Positions 19,100 through 28,411 are shown, numbered from the stretch's first letter. The stretch is DNA of 55,331 bases from a virus (IMGVR_UViG_3300016469_000360:1-55331); one strand, 5' to 3'. Program-made: numbers and translations. Notes: a model not told the origin generated them from the letters alone.

Positions 19100-19743
19100 C
19101 AGAAGGGCATTTCGTCTTCGTCATTCGGGGTTGCCTGGAAATCAGAATCGTCATAGTCCGACTTCGGCGCCTTGGCTTTCGCGTACTCGGGGCTGGCCAT
19201 GATCTTGTTCTTGATGCCCTGGCCGAGTTTCTCAAACACGCCCCAGTCGGGGCTCTGCAGGGTAAACATCTGGGCTTCGTTGACGGGCTGAGGAAGGCCG
19301 GCCTGCTTGATCATCCCCGGGACGGGAGTGATGTTTTCCACTCGGGAATAGGTTTTGTCGCCTTCGGCGGTTTTCTCAATCACGTTGAGCATACACCATG
19401 CGCCGAGGATGTTCTTGAGATCAAAACGCCGCCTCTCTTCCTGAGAGAAAGGCCGGCCACGCCAGGATTGCAAAGATGCGCGCAGGTTGCTGCTCTCCGC
19501 CCATGAAAGGGTGAAGTTGCGCGAAATCATGAACGGCCGTCCATCCTTCATGCGGATGGGTTGTCCGGTGTCATCAGACCCCAGGATCTCCCAACTGATC
19601 ATCACCTGACGGGTCATCTTCATCTGACCTTTGTAGTTCGTCTTCTGAGTTCCCAGGTCGATGACGCGGTAGCACCTCGCAAGGTGAAGGCCTGGGTTGA
19701 CTCGCTCGAATTCTTGAAACGTGTTCTCAACGATGAAGCTCAT
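19099..19743 (-). CDS. Putative ssDNA-binding / annealing protein
   Basis: ARCYRVIDLGTQ motif, acidic C-terminus ending DEDEMPF; coupled to the exonuclease. Confidence 0.7.
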   Translation of the reverse strand: MSFIVENTFQEFERVNPGLHLARCYRVIDLGTQKTNYKGQMKMTRQVMISWEILGSDDTGQPIRMKDGRPFMISRNFTLSWAESSNLRASLQSWRGRPFSQEERRRFDLKNILGAWCMLNVIEKTAEGDKTYSRVENITPVPGMIKQAGLPQPVNEAQMFTLQSPDWGVFEKLGQGIKNKIMASPEYAKAKAPKSDYDDSDFQATPNDEDEMPF

Positions 19744-19793
19744 CTTGACTCCTTGAACGGTCATCTGACCGCGAGGGCTACTCTACCACATCC

Positions 19794-19812
19794 TCTAAGT
19801 TCGTGTTAGACT
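19794..19812 (+). promoter_or_regulatory. TYTAAC-N5-GTTAGA-type palindrome overlapping extended -10 (TGtTAGACT) in the divergent control region
   Basis: TCTAAGTTCGTGTTAGACT upstream of Cro-like gene. Confidence 0.6.
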
Positions 19813-19854
19813 TTTTGCTCAGGCTTGCGCACAAGGCAGGTCAGAAAGGAGAAG

Positions 19855-20073
19855 ATGAAGAAGATGACGTTGCAGCAGTACTTCGTGGGTGAGCCCCATG
19901 GAGCGAAGAAGGAGATGGCCCTGTACCTGGGGATCAGTCCGACTTGGCTCTCTCTGCTCATCAACGGGAGTCGCAAGCCCAGCGCGACCTTGGCGCGGAA
20001 GATCGAAGATGCCACCCAGGGACTTGTGCCGGCCAGTGTGTTGAGACCAGACCTCTTTCAGGAGAAGCGATGA
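19855..20073 (+). CDS. Cro/YdaS-like HTH transcriptional regulator
   Basis: KKEMALYLGISPTWLSLLING HTH, IEDATQG.V....LRPDLF; RBS AAGGAG. Confidence 0.85.
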   Translation: MKKMTLQQYFVGEPHGAKKEMALYLGISPTWLSLLINGSRKPSATLARKIEDATQGLVPASVLRPDLFQEKR

Positions 20074-20858
20074 GGCAAGTAAAGATCGACGAGATCAGGA
20101 TCGACGGGGGCACGCAGTGCCGGGTGGTGTTGAGCCAGCCCAAGATCTACGAGTACCGAGAGCGGATGGAGGACGGAGACGAGTTTCCTCCGATTGAGGC
20201 AACCTTCGATGGCGCAACCTACTGGCTGACAGACGGGTTCCACCGCTGGCATGCTATGAAGCTCATGGGGCTGAAGGAGGTGACCGTCAAGTGGAAACCC
20301 GGCACCTTGGAAGATGCCATCATCGCGGCCCTGAAGGCCAACAGCAAACACGGCATTCCTCTGACCAACGAGGACAAGCGCAAGAAGGTTCTGGTGGCCT
20401 TGGAGTTGCCGGGATGGCACCAGAAGTCGAACTACGAGATCGCCAAGGCCTGTGATGTGTCTCAGCCCTTTGTGGCCGCGGTGAGAGACCCAGAGGCCAA
20501 GAAGAGGCAGGAGGAAGCCCGGCAGCGCTCGGCAACCAAGAAGGCCGAGAAGGCCGATACTAATCAGATTAGTAGTCCCAAGGCGGACGCTGAGCCTGAC
20601 CCCCACGCTGGAGAGGCGCCCGACGAGGCGGAGCTGCGAGCGACGGAGCTCGCCCACGAGGCCGATGTGGAGGCCATGCACAAGCTCCTGGAGGCGGATG
20701 AGCCCCTTAAGGTGGCCCACGAGGAGATCAAGAGGCTGAACCACCTAAACGCCCAGTTGGAGCTCAGGATCAACGGGTTGATGGCCGAGAAGAACGAGGC
20801 CGTGAAGATGGTCAAAAGCCTGCAGAAGCAGTTGGACAAGCTCAAGAAGGAGAAGTGA
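20070..20858 (+). CDS. ParB-family protein (ParB N-terminal domain + HTH + C-terminal coiled coil)
   Basis: GTQCR, FPPI, LTDGFHRWHA Arg-patch, N.KHG..LT, SNYEIAKACDVSQPFVAAVR HTH. Confidence 0.8.
   Translation: MRQVKIDEIRIDGGTQCRVVLSQPKIYEYRERMEDGDEFPPIEATFDGATYWLTDGFHRWHAMKLMGLKEVTVKWKPGTLEDAIIAALKANSKHGIPLTNEDKRKKVLVALELPGWHQKSNYEIAKACDVSQPFVAAVRDPEAKKRQEEARQRSATKKAEKADTNQISSPKADAEPDPHAGEAPDEAELRATELAHEADVEAMHKLLEADEPLKVAHEEIKRLNHLNAQLELRINGLMAEKNEAVKMVKSLQKQLDKLKKEK
20558..20574. promoter_or_regulatory. 17-bp palindrome TACTAATCAGATTAGTA, copy inside ParB-like gene
   Basis: 8-bp arms around one central base; same arms at 28406, 35818, 53563. Confidence 0.8.
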
Positions 20859-22379
20859 TGAACGCAGTCCTAGCGCCGCGTGAGCGTGATGATGGATTCC
20901 CTCCCCCCCCGCGACTTCCAGATCACGGCCCACGAGGCCCTCAGGAAGGGCTTCAGGGAGGGTCACAAGAATCAGTTGATCATGGCCCCCACCGGGGCTG
21001 GGAAGACCTACCTGGGGCTTCGGATCTGCTATGAGGCTATGCAGAGGGGCAAGAGAGCGGTGTTCCTCTGCGACCGCACAACCCTGATCAACCAGACTTC
21101 GTCGGTGGCGGACAGGTACGGTCTCGTGGACCACGGGATCATCCAGGCCGATCACTGGAGGCGGCGGCCGGATAAGCTGCTGCAGATCGCTTCGGTGCAG
21201 ACCATCGCCAAGCGGGCGTATTGGCCCCAGGTGGACGTTCTGGTGGTTGATGAGGCCCACACCACCTTCAAGGCCTGGACGGAGTTCTCCAAGGCCACAG
21301 AGGCCGCTGTGATCGGCCTGTCGGCCACGCCCTTTACGCCCGGCCTGGGAAAGCTCTTCACGAATCTCATCAACGCCACGACCATGTGGGACCTGACCCA
21401 GAACGGGGTGTTGGTTCCGATGCGGATCTTCTCCTGCCACAAGCCGGACATGACCGGGGCGGAGATGAAGGGCGGCGAGTGGACCGACAAGGCCGCGGAG
21501 GAGCGGGGCATGGAGATCATCGGGGACGTGGTCTCCGATTGGCACCGCTATGGGGAGAACCGCAAGACGATCGTCTTCGGGGCGACGATCAAGCACTGCG
21601 AGGAACTCTGCCGGCAGTTTGTCTCCTCCGGCGTGATGGCCGCGGTCTTCACTTCCGAGACCACTGCGAAAGAGCGCGAGATGCTCCTGCAGGAGTACAG
21701 GAAGCCCACCAGCCACCTGAGGGTCCTGATCTCGGTGGAGGCTTTGGCCAAGGGCTTCGATGTTCCTGATGTGGGGTGTGTCTGTGACGCCCGGCCTCTC
21801 CGGAAGAGCCTGAGCACGGCGATCCAGATGTGGGGCCGCGGGCTGCGTGCGTCGCTCGAGACCGGGAAGAAGGACTGCCACCTCCTGGACTTCTCGGGGA
21901 ACATCGTGCGGTTCTTCGAGGACTTCAACGACATCTACTTCAACGGCCTGGACAAGCTCGACGACGGGGAGAAACTCGACAAGACTGCCCGGACGAAGGA
22001 GGAGTTCGAGGCGAAGGGTTGCCCGCGGTGCGGCTACACCCCCTTCCACAAGCGTTGCATGGCCTGTGGCTACGAGAGGGTCTCGCGGGAGATGACCGAG
22101 GCCCTGCCGGGCCAGATGAGAGAGATCTACATCGGGGAGGGTAAGAACAAGAAGAAGCTCGCCGACAACGCTGAGGACCTCTGGAATCAGGTGTGCACCT
22201 ATGCAAGGATCTACTCACAACCAACGAAGCAGTCTGGCCGGGCGTGGCACCTGTTCAAGAAGATCACGGGCCAGGACAGTCGGTGGTCGTTCTACTCAGC
22301 ACCTGATGTGCAGATCAACCGCAACGTCATGAACAAGATCCGGCAACTCAACATCGCCTACAAGAAAGGCCTGGGATGA
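20858..22379 (+). CDS. Superfamily II DExD/H helicase with C-terminal Zn ribbon; probable true start 20858 needs a +1 shift at the C8 tract (track start 20880)
   Basis: APTGAGKT, VVDEAH, GLSATP, GFDVP, QMWGRGLR motifs; CPRC...CMAC. Confidence 0.9.
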
Positions 22380-23224
22380 ACGACCCCTTCAAGATCGACA
22401 GTCCGACCTGCATCAGCTTCAGCGGCGGGCGCACCTCGGCCTACATGCTGTGGCGGGTGCTGCAGAGCAACGGCGGGTTGCCGAGCGATGCAGTGGTGTG
22501 CTTTGCCAACACCGGCAAGGAAGACGAGGCCACGCTCCGGTTCGTGCGGGACTGTGGCGAGCGGTGGGGCGTCAAGATTCACTGGCTTGAGTACCAGCCT
22601 GGGGGCTTTGATGTGAGCTCCTTCGAGAGTGCGAGCCGGGATGGTGAACCCTTCTTCCGGCTCATCCAGAAAGAACAGTTTTTGCCGTCCCCCGTTCAGC
22701 GCATCTGCACTTCGCGTCTCAAGATTCGAGTGATGCACAAGTTCCTCAAATCCATTGGCTGGGATGAGTGGGATCAGATGGTTGGCATCCGGGCCGACGA
22801 GCCGAGCCGAGTTGCGAAGATTCGGGCTCGCCCAACGCCAGAAGGCAAGCACGAAACGATGCTGATCCCTTTGTCGGACGCCGGGTTAGGCGTGCAGGAC
22901 GTCAATAAGTTTTGGAATAACCAGCCATTCAACCTGGAGCTATCGACCTTCAACGGTCGGACGCTCGCTGGGAACTGCGATCTATGCTTCTTAAAGCCTG
23001 CGGCGCAGATTCAAAGCCTCATCGCTGAGAAGCCGGAGCGGGCGATCTGGTGGGCGCGGATGGAGGACTACGCGAGGGAGAACTTCGCGGACAAGCGCTC
23101 TGCTTATGCTTACAACTTCCGCAAGGACAGAGCGAGTTATTCCGAGATGCTCCGCTTCTCGCAGCAGCAGCGCGACATGTTCGACCCCAACGAGGAAGCC
23201 ATCGCGTGCTTCTGCGGGGATTGA
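22376..23224 (+). CDS. PAPS-reductase-family (PP-loop) protein
   Basis: SFSGGRTS, FANTGKE, RICTSRLK, GIRADE, GNCDLCFLK, C-terminal CFCGD. Confidence 0.85.
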   Translation: MNDPFKIDSPTCISFSGGRTSAYMLWRVLQSNGGLPSDAVVCFANTGKEDEATLRFVRDCGERWGVKIHWLEYQPGGFDVSSFESASRDGEPFFRLIQKEQFLPSPVQRICTSRLKIRVMHKFLKSIGWDEWDQMVGIRADEPSRVAKIRARPTPEGKHETMLIPLSDAGLGVQDVNKFWNNQPFNLELSTFNGRTLAGNCDLCFLKPAAQIQSLIAEKPERAIWWARMEDYARENFADKRSAYAYNFRKDRASYSEMLRFSQQQRDMFDPNEEAIACFCGD

Positions 23225-23225
23225 C

Positions 23226-24080
23226 ATGGACTTCCTCGATTTCGCGCGATCGCACGGGATTCTGATCGACCCGTCGAAGTTCTTCGCCTCCGACCGGATC
23301 CGCAGGTGCGGGACGGCGGACAAGCCGCGCTCCGACAACGGGGCCTACTTCTGGGACGGGGAGCGGGGCTGGGTCATGGACTGGGCAGGAGAGGCTAGGC
23401 CGGTCTGGTTCGCCTCGGGTAAGGGGAAGGCCTGGACAGAGGAGGACAAGCGCTCCTGGGCCCATCGGAGGGCCCTGGCGGCCAAGGCGCAGGAGGAGAG
23501 GCACGAGACAGCTGCCAAGACCGCGGTGAACGTCCTGAAGCACGCCGAGATGAAGAACCACCCCTACCTGGAGCTCAAGGGCTTCCCGGAAGAGAAGGGG
23601 CTCGTGATCGAGGACGCTCTGTTGGTCCCGATGAGAAACGTCCAGACGAACCTGATCCAGGGCTACCAGTCGATCCGGTGGGACACCGAGACCCGGAAGT
23701 ACGAGAAGAAGATGCTGGCTGGGATGCGGGCCCGAGGGGCGGTGTTCCCGCTGGGCAACCACCCGGATGTGTGGCTGGTGGAGGGGTATGCCACGGGGTT
23801 GAGCGTTCGGGCCGCCCTGAGGGCATCTGGTCTGACGCCGCGGGTGGTGGTGTGCTTCTCGGCGAGCAACCTCGTGGAGGTGTCCAGCAAGATCGGCGGC
23901 CGGCGGTGGGTGTTTGCGGACAACGACGAAAGCCGCACGGGCGAAGAGGCTGCGCGCGAGACGGGACTCCCCTATACGATGGCGGACACGGTGGGATGGG
24001 ATGCGAACGACCTCCACCTCAGGGAAGGACTGTTCGCAGTGACCAAGAAGATCATGGAGTGCATGTGGGCAAGGAACTGA
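23226..24080 (+). CDS. TOPRIM-domain DNA primase
   Basis: HPYLELKG, LLVPM, VEGYATGLS, FADND, DAND motifs. Confidence 0.88.
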   Translation: MDFLDFARSHGILIDPSKFFASDRIRRCGTADKPRSDNGAYFWDGERGWVMDWAGEARPVWFASGKGKAWTEEDKRSWAHRRALAAKAQEERHETAAKTAVNVLKHAEMKNHPYLELKGFPEEKGLVIEDALLVPMRNVQTNLIQGYQSIRWDTETRKYEKKMLAGMRARGAVFPLGNHPDVWLVEGYATGLSVRAALRASGLTPRVVVCFSASNLVEVSSKIGGRRWVFADNDESRTGEEAARETGLPYTMADTVGWDANDLHLREGLFAVTKKIMECMWARN

Positions 24081-24256
24081 TCGACTACGCCCTGCCCCTC
24101 CTGCAAACGGAGGTGGCAGTCAAGAGGGTCTACGACAAGATGCTGGAGGGCAAGCCTGAGGCGGCCATGGAGTACGCCTACGAGGCCCAGAAAGGCCTTC
24201 TGGATGCCATGATCATGATCCGGGTAGAGATTGTGAAGGGGCTTGACAAGTCCTGA
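24065..24256 (+). CDS. Hypothetical protein (LIDYA motif)
   Basis: GTG 24065 with GGAG RBS. Confidence 0.65.
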   Translation: MGKELIDYALPLLQTEVAVKRVYDKMLEGKPEAAMEYAYEAQKGLLDAMIMIRVEIVKGLDKS

Positions 24257-24279
24257 CACCCTGTGACACAGTCTGCACC

Positions 24280-24716
24280 GTTGGCGTCGAACCCAACTGT
24301 TAGAGCCCTTGCTCATGCATCCGCCCCTGGGAGTTCCTGGGGGGTTCGACCGGATGCAGCAGCAAGGGCTTTTTCTTTGGTCCGACGCCGGCCCCTCAGG
24401 GGTCTATCGGGTTGTGGATGGCAGGGGGTTCCCGGAGGAAGCCGCAAGGTGTAGGCCGGGGTGCACCAGTCCTACGACGTTCTGACCTGGGGCGAGAGCG
24501 CACAGAAGATGCAGGCGCAAGCAGGGGTCTGCCTGACGCATCCGGGGGTTCGAGTCCACCGGGGAGTGCGGCAGGATCGGGGGCTGTGCAAGACGGCGCG
24601 AAGTGCCGGAAAGTCCCGAAGGTTGCTCAACTCGCAGTGAGGCAACTCCAATACGGAACACTCAAGTGGCTCCACACAGTGTTGGGAAGTGCCGAGGGGA
24701 ATCTCAGGGTTCCCTA
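24280..24716 (+). ncRNA. Candidate structured non-coding RNA region
   Basis: TTGACA at 24243; long stem 24302-24372 followed by a T-run; many further hairpins; no convincing ORF. Confidence 0.5.
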
Positions 24717-24720
24717 AGGC

Positions 24721-24972
24721 ATGTCTTTGTCCAAGCCGAGCCTAAGTTCACCACCAGTGTTGATGCAGTACTTCTACAACGCGAAAAAGAAGAGCACCGC
24801 GGCTCACATCTGGACAGGCAGTGACACTGCCTGCACGATGTTGAGCGCGGGCGGGATTCATCCCGGCAAGAAGGTGGTGCACGCTGATGCGGGCAGCAGA
24901 AAGATCTGCGCGATGTGTCAGATCAACTTCAAGAAATTGATGAGGGAAAACGATAGCCCTCCTATTGCCTAA
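24721..24972 (+). CDS. Hypothetical Zn-finger-like protein (start may be ATG 24763)
   Basis: H...C...CAMC pattern. Confidence 0.55.
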   Translation: MSLSKPSLSSPPVLMQYFYNAKKKSTAAHIWTGSDTACTMLSAGGIHPGKKVVHADAGSRKICAMCQINFKKLMRENDSPPIA

Positions 24973-24990
24973 AAAAATTTGCCCACAAAC

Positions 24991-25009
24991 TCTAACCCAG
25001 GGTTACAAT
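24991..25009 (+). promoter_or_regulatory. TCTAAC-N5-GTTACA palindrome overlapping -10 TACAAT
   Basis: TCTAACCCAGGGTTACAAT, TTGCCC upstream, ATG at 25016. Confidence 0.55.
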
Positions 25010-25015
25010 GTCGCC

Positions 25016-25282
25016 ATGGACGAGAAGATGATTCAGAGGCATCAGAAGCGCATGCAGGTGTTCATTCAAGAGGGTCTGTCTGCGCGCGAAGCGCTGGATC
25101 TGGCTGACCGGATGTATGACCGTGATTGTGATCCGTCGGATGACCGGAGGTTGTGCTTCGAGTGCGCGAACTACACCGAGAGGAAGACGTGCTCGAAGCT
25201 GATCCGCGGGGGGAAGGAGCAGCGCCCCCTGCGGTTCGTGTTGCAGCGCTGCGAGTGGTTCATGTTAAGGAGCAAGACGTGA
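25016..25282 (+). CDS. Hypothetical Cys-containing protein (DDRRLCFEC...LQRC)
   Basis: ATG after promoter; motif typical of phage proteins. Confidence 0.7.
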   Translation: MDEKMIQRHQKRMQVFIQEGLSAREALDLADRMYDRDCDPSDDRRLCFECANYTERKTCSKLIRGGKEQRPLRFVLQRCEWFMLRSKT

Positions 25283-25536
25283 GGACCAAGGAATTCGCTG
25301 AGTGGCTGGCCGCGCAATCGCCGGCCGGGATCCTGCCCACCCAGGTGGGGGCAGTGGTCAACATCCTCGACCGCGTGTCGATCGGGGATCTCGTGATGGT
25401 GATGCTGGAGGGGGAGGACGAACTGTCCCTGAAGGCCTGGAAGGAGCTCAGGACGCGGTTTCAGAGCTACGAGTACTGGGGGGAGCAGATGATGACCGCA
25501 CGCAGTCTGGAGGCCCACGGTGAAGCTGGGTATTGA
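25279..25536 (+). CDS. Hypothetical protein
   Basis: GTGA overlap, RBS AAGGAG. Confidence 0.65.
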   Translation: MRTKEFAEWLAAQSPAGILPTQVGAVVNILDRVSIGDLVMVMLEGEDELSLKAWKELRTRFQSYEYWGEQMMTARSLEAHGEAGY

Positions 25537-25984
25537 TCCGGGGATTACTGGGGCCTTGGTGCTCCTGGACGGCGACCAGCCGGTGGAGTGGATGTCCATG
25601 CCAACCTTGCGGGCTGGAGCTGCTACACGGGTCTCTGCGGCTGCCCTGGCGGCCTGGATGCGCAAGTTCCCGATTGAGCACGCCTTCGTCGAGCACGTGA
25701 ACTCCATGCCCGGCCAAGGGGTGGTGTCCATGTTCACCTTCGGCCATGCTTGCGGGGTGGTCCAGGGGGTCCTAGGAGGGCTGCAGATCCCCTACACCTT
25801 GGTCCCTCCTCCCACGTGGAAGAAGAAGGCTGGACTGATGGGGACGGACAAGGATGCTGCGAGGTCTCGCGCGATCCAGATCTGGCCTCAGTGGAGAGAC
25901 CTGGATTTGAAGGGCAAAGGGCAGGCCTTGGCAGATGCTGCTCTCATCGCCTTGACCGGTACTGTAACCCAGGAGGACGCATGA
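25520..25984 (+). CDS. ruvC: RuvC-like Holliday junction resolvase
   Basis: LGIDPG.TGA, FVEHV, P.QGVVS.FTFG, WKK, ADAALIA motifs. Confidence 0.88.
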   Translation: MKLGIDPGITGALVLLDGDQPVEWMSMPTLRAGAATRVSAAALAAWMRKFPIEHAFVEHVNSMPGQGVVSMFTFGHACGVVQGVLGGLQIPYTLVPPPTWKKKAGLMGTDKDAARSRAIQIWPQWRDLDLKGKGQALADAALIALTGTVTQEDA

Positions 25985-26205
25985 AGGGACTGACTGTGGA
26001 GACGTACTCGTGCGACAACGATGCAGAGAGTGACCCGTATCCCAACTTGATGCCCTTGAGGGTACAACTGGACTATGGGCATAACCACGTCCCAACTCGT
26101 GTGTACAGGCTGTACCAAGAGGACGACATCTTCTACATCACTCTCAATGGCGCCAAGCAAGTCGTGGCCGCAATCGAGGCCATGGAGAAGGAGGACGCAT
26201 CGTGA
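25981..26205 (+). CDS. Hypothetical protein
   Basis: ATGA overlap, RBS AGGAGG. Confidence 0.65.
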   Translation: MKGLTVETYSCDNDAESDPYPNLMPLRVQLDYGHNHVPTRVYRLYQEDDIFYITLNGAKQVVAAIEAMEKEDAS

Positions 26206-26372
26206 AGCACTGCAGTGGACCATGCAATCAGGGGCGTGACCCCTGCCCCACCCCGTGGGCGTGCGAAAGAGATGAACCGCGTGAAGACATGCGGTGGTAC
26301 TACTTGCCGGAGTTCATCGTTGCGTTTGCTATGGCAGCGGCGTTGCTGTTCTCGTGGTGGGTGTCGAGATGA
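26202..26372 (+). CDS. 56-aa protein with CNQGRxxC motif and C-terminal TM helix (absent from track)
   Basis: GTG 26202 with GGAGG RBS; MKHCSGPCNQGRDPCPTPWAC...; overlaps at both ends. Confidence 0.65.
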   Translation: MKHCSGPCNQGRDPCPTPWACERDEPREDMRWYYLPEFIVAFAMAAALLFSWWVSR

Positions 26373-26995
26373 CATCACTACGCGAAGCCGCCCAGCAGGC
26401 GCTGGAGGCACTGAAGTACCTCAGGGAAACGGCGATTTGCTCTGCCGACACCGACACCGCAAACGAAGTTATTCCGGCCCTAGAGGACGCCCTGGCGCAG
26501 CAGGCCGAGCCGGATCACGAAACTCGAGCGGAACTCGCGGAGCAGCAGGTTGTGCAACTTGCCAAGGAGCGCGACCACTACCGCAACCTGTGGCAGAAGG
26601 CGCAGCAGGCCGAGCCGGTGGAGCCGGTGGCGGTAACCGTCGCAGCGGTTGCGGAAGTAATCGAAAGGGACGGCGAACCCGAACTCTGCTGGCTCATCGA
26701 GGGCGGCATCTGCGCGCTCCCCGTGGGCTATGTTCTGGTGATCGCACATCGACCCATCACAGGCGACGATGGATCTGGCGAGGTCTACATCGCCCCGCCG
26801 CAGCAGGCCGAGCCGGAGCCGCAAACCTGCACATGGCAGCAGGACGGCGACAGCGACTCAGGTGTCTACGGCACATCGTGCGGGCGCTACTTCAACATTG
26901 AAGACGGCACACCGGAAGACAACCGGATGGCTTGGTGCTGCTACTGCGGCAAGAAGCTGGCGCAGGAACTGATTACGGAGAACGAAGATGAATGA
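26369..26995 (+). CDS. Hypothetical mosaic protein (LREAAQQALEAL, QQAEP linkers, C-terminal CCYCG)
   Basis: ATGA overlap; three QQAEP repeats. Confidence 0.7.
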   Translation: MTSLREAAQQALEALKYLRETAICSADTDTANEVIPALEDALAQQAEPDHETRAELAEQQVVQLAKERDHYRNLWQKAQQAEPVEPVAVTVAAVAEVIERDGEPELCWLIEGGICALPVGYVLVIAHRPITGDDGSGEVYIAPPQQAEPEPQTCTWQQDGDSDSGVYGTSCGRYFNIEDGTPEDNRMAWCCYCGKKLAQELITENEDE

Positions 26996-27218
26996 CCTGA
27001 TAACCGCCGCCATGAACGAAGACACCAGAGAACCCTACTCCAAACTGATCGCCAACCAGCCGACGCTTACCTTTTCCGCACCGCCCAAGCCCGTGGGCTT
27101 CTGGGTGCTGTACCCCGGGAACGCTTTTCAGACCAGATTCAGCATGTTCGTCCGTCCCACGGATGAGCAGATCAAAAACACCGAGGCCCTGCTGGGCTGG
27201 GGCTGGGAGGAAACATGA
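26988..27218 (+). CDS. Hypothetical protein
   Basis: GGAG RBS, overlapping neighbours. Confidence 0.65.
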   Translation: MNDLITAAMNEDTREPYSKLIANQPTLTFSAPPKPVGFWVLYPGNAFQTRFSMFVRPTDEQIKNTEALLGWGWEET

Positions 27219-27826
27219 CCACCATCACCATTGACCGCGCCGTGGTTGAGCAGGCGCTGGAGGCGTTAATGGACGCGCAGCGCCACAACTATGCGTTGAA
27301 ACACAAGGAAACAGACGACCTAATCACCGCCCTCAAGGCCGCACTGGCAGAGCCAACTGTCAAGGAATCCTTGACGACTGGAAGTTGCATTGCTTGCGGA
27401 AACCGCATGACAGGACCACCAGAATCTTTCGTGGTAGCCACTGCGGAAGTCGGCGTTACAGCGCCAGAGGGTTACAGCCCGCAGCAGGTGGGAGCCCTGC
27501 ACCAACATAAGGTAGGGGACAAAACGTCACCGCCCTTGGCAGAGCCGGTGCAGGAGCCTGTGGCGCTGGGTTGGCTGCACAAGTGGGCAAACCATGATGA
27601 CGGCGAGCCTGAGACTCAATGGCATGAGGGGTACGAGGCTGCGCGTAGGGTTGTGCAAATCCATCTCACCGCCCCACCCCAGCGCAAGCCGCTGACGGAT
27701 GAGGAGATCGACCGCATCACCGACCAGCAGTGGGCCGCGAACAACCACAAGCCTGTCTACGCGGCGCATCGGGCCTACGCCCGCGCCATAGAGAGGGCGC
27801 ATGGGATTGGAGGCAGTGATGAGTGA
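27215..27826 (+). CDS. Hypothetical mosaic protein (EQALEAL ... PLTDEEI ... ARAIERAHGI)
   Basis: GGAGG RBS; motifs common in accessory proteins of proteobacterial phages. Confidence 0.7.
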   Translation: MTTITIDRAVVEQALEALMDAQRHNYALKHKETDDLITALKAALAEPTVKESLTTGSCIACGNRMTGPPESFVVATAEVGVTAPEGYSPQQVGALHQHKVGDKTSPPLAEPVQEPVALGWLHKWANHDDGEPETQWHEGYEAARRVVQIHLTAPPQRKPLTDEEIDRITDQQWAANNHKPVYAAHRAYARAIERAHGIGGSDE

Positions 27827-28154
27827 CATCAACGCTGCGGTGGACTACATCTATCACCAAGGAGCTCGATACGCTGAGGCCAAGGCCCACCGCACGTACT
27901 TGGAGGAGTACCGCAAGTCCCAGAAGGCCATGCTGATGAAGTCTGCCCTGGCGGATGGCCGCGCGAAGACAGCCGCAGCCGCGGAGATGGAGGCCTACGC
28001 AGATCCAGCTTACGTAGAGGCCTTGAAGGGCCTACAAGCCGCTGTAGAGGCCGAGGAGACCCTCCGGTGGGGGCTGGTGGCTGCGCAGGCCAGGATCGAG
28101 GTTTGGAGGAGCCAGGAGGCCTCCAACAGGCTCATGGACAAGTCCGCAGCATGA
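27819..28154 (+). CDS. Hypothetical coiled-coil protein (AYADPAY...IEVWRS)
   Basis: GGAGG RBS; overlapping stop/start. Confidence 0.75.
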   Translation: MSDINAAVDYIYHQGARYAEAKAHRTYLEEYRKSQKAMLMKSALADGRAKTAAAAEMEAYADPAYVEALKGLQAAVEAEETLRWGLVAAQARIEVWRSQEASNRLMDKSAA

Positions 28155-28411
28155 ACGGCAAGTTGAACGTCGCGGAAAGGGCTTGGGTGGCCCGGGTGAA
28201 GGAGCTTTCGTGCTCCGTGTGCGATGCCCCCGGCCCGAGCGATGCCCATCACATCAAGCAGGGGAGCCACTACACCGTGGTGGCCCTGTGCAAGTCCTGC
28301 CACCAGGGCTCCAAGATGGGCTGGCACGGGGAGAAGAGAGCCTGGGCCATCGCAAAGATGGACGAACTCGACGCCCTGAACGTCACTCTGCGCAGGCTGC
28401 AACAGTACTAA
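28151..28411 (+). CDS. Ref-like / DUF968-like HNH nuclease
   Basis: CSVC...AHHI...VALCKSCHQG...GWH Zn-HNH pattern. Confidence 0.75.
   Translation: MNGKLNVAERAWVARVKELSCSVCDAPGPSDAHHIKQGSHYTVVALCKSCHQGSKMGWHGEKRAWAIAKMDELDALNVTLRRLQQY

Noticed and set aside
24490-24570. tRNA gene suggested by GGTTCGAGTCC
   Set aside because: The T-stem has a mismatch and I could not build acceptor, D and anticodon arms; kept only as part of the structured region
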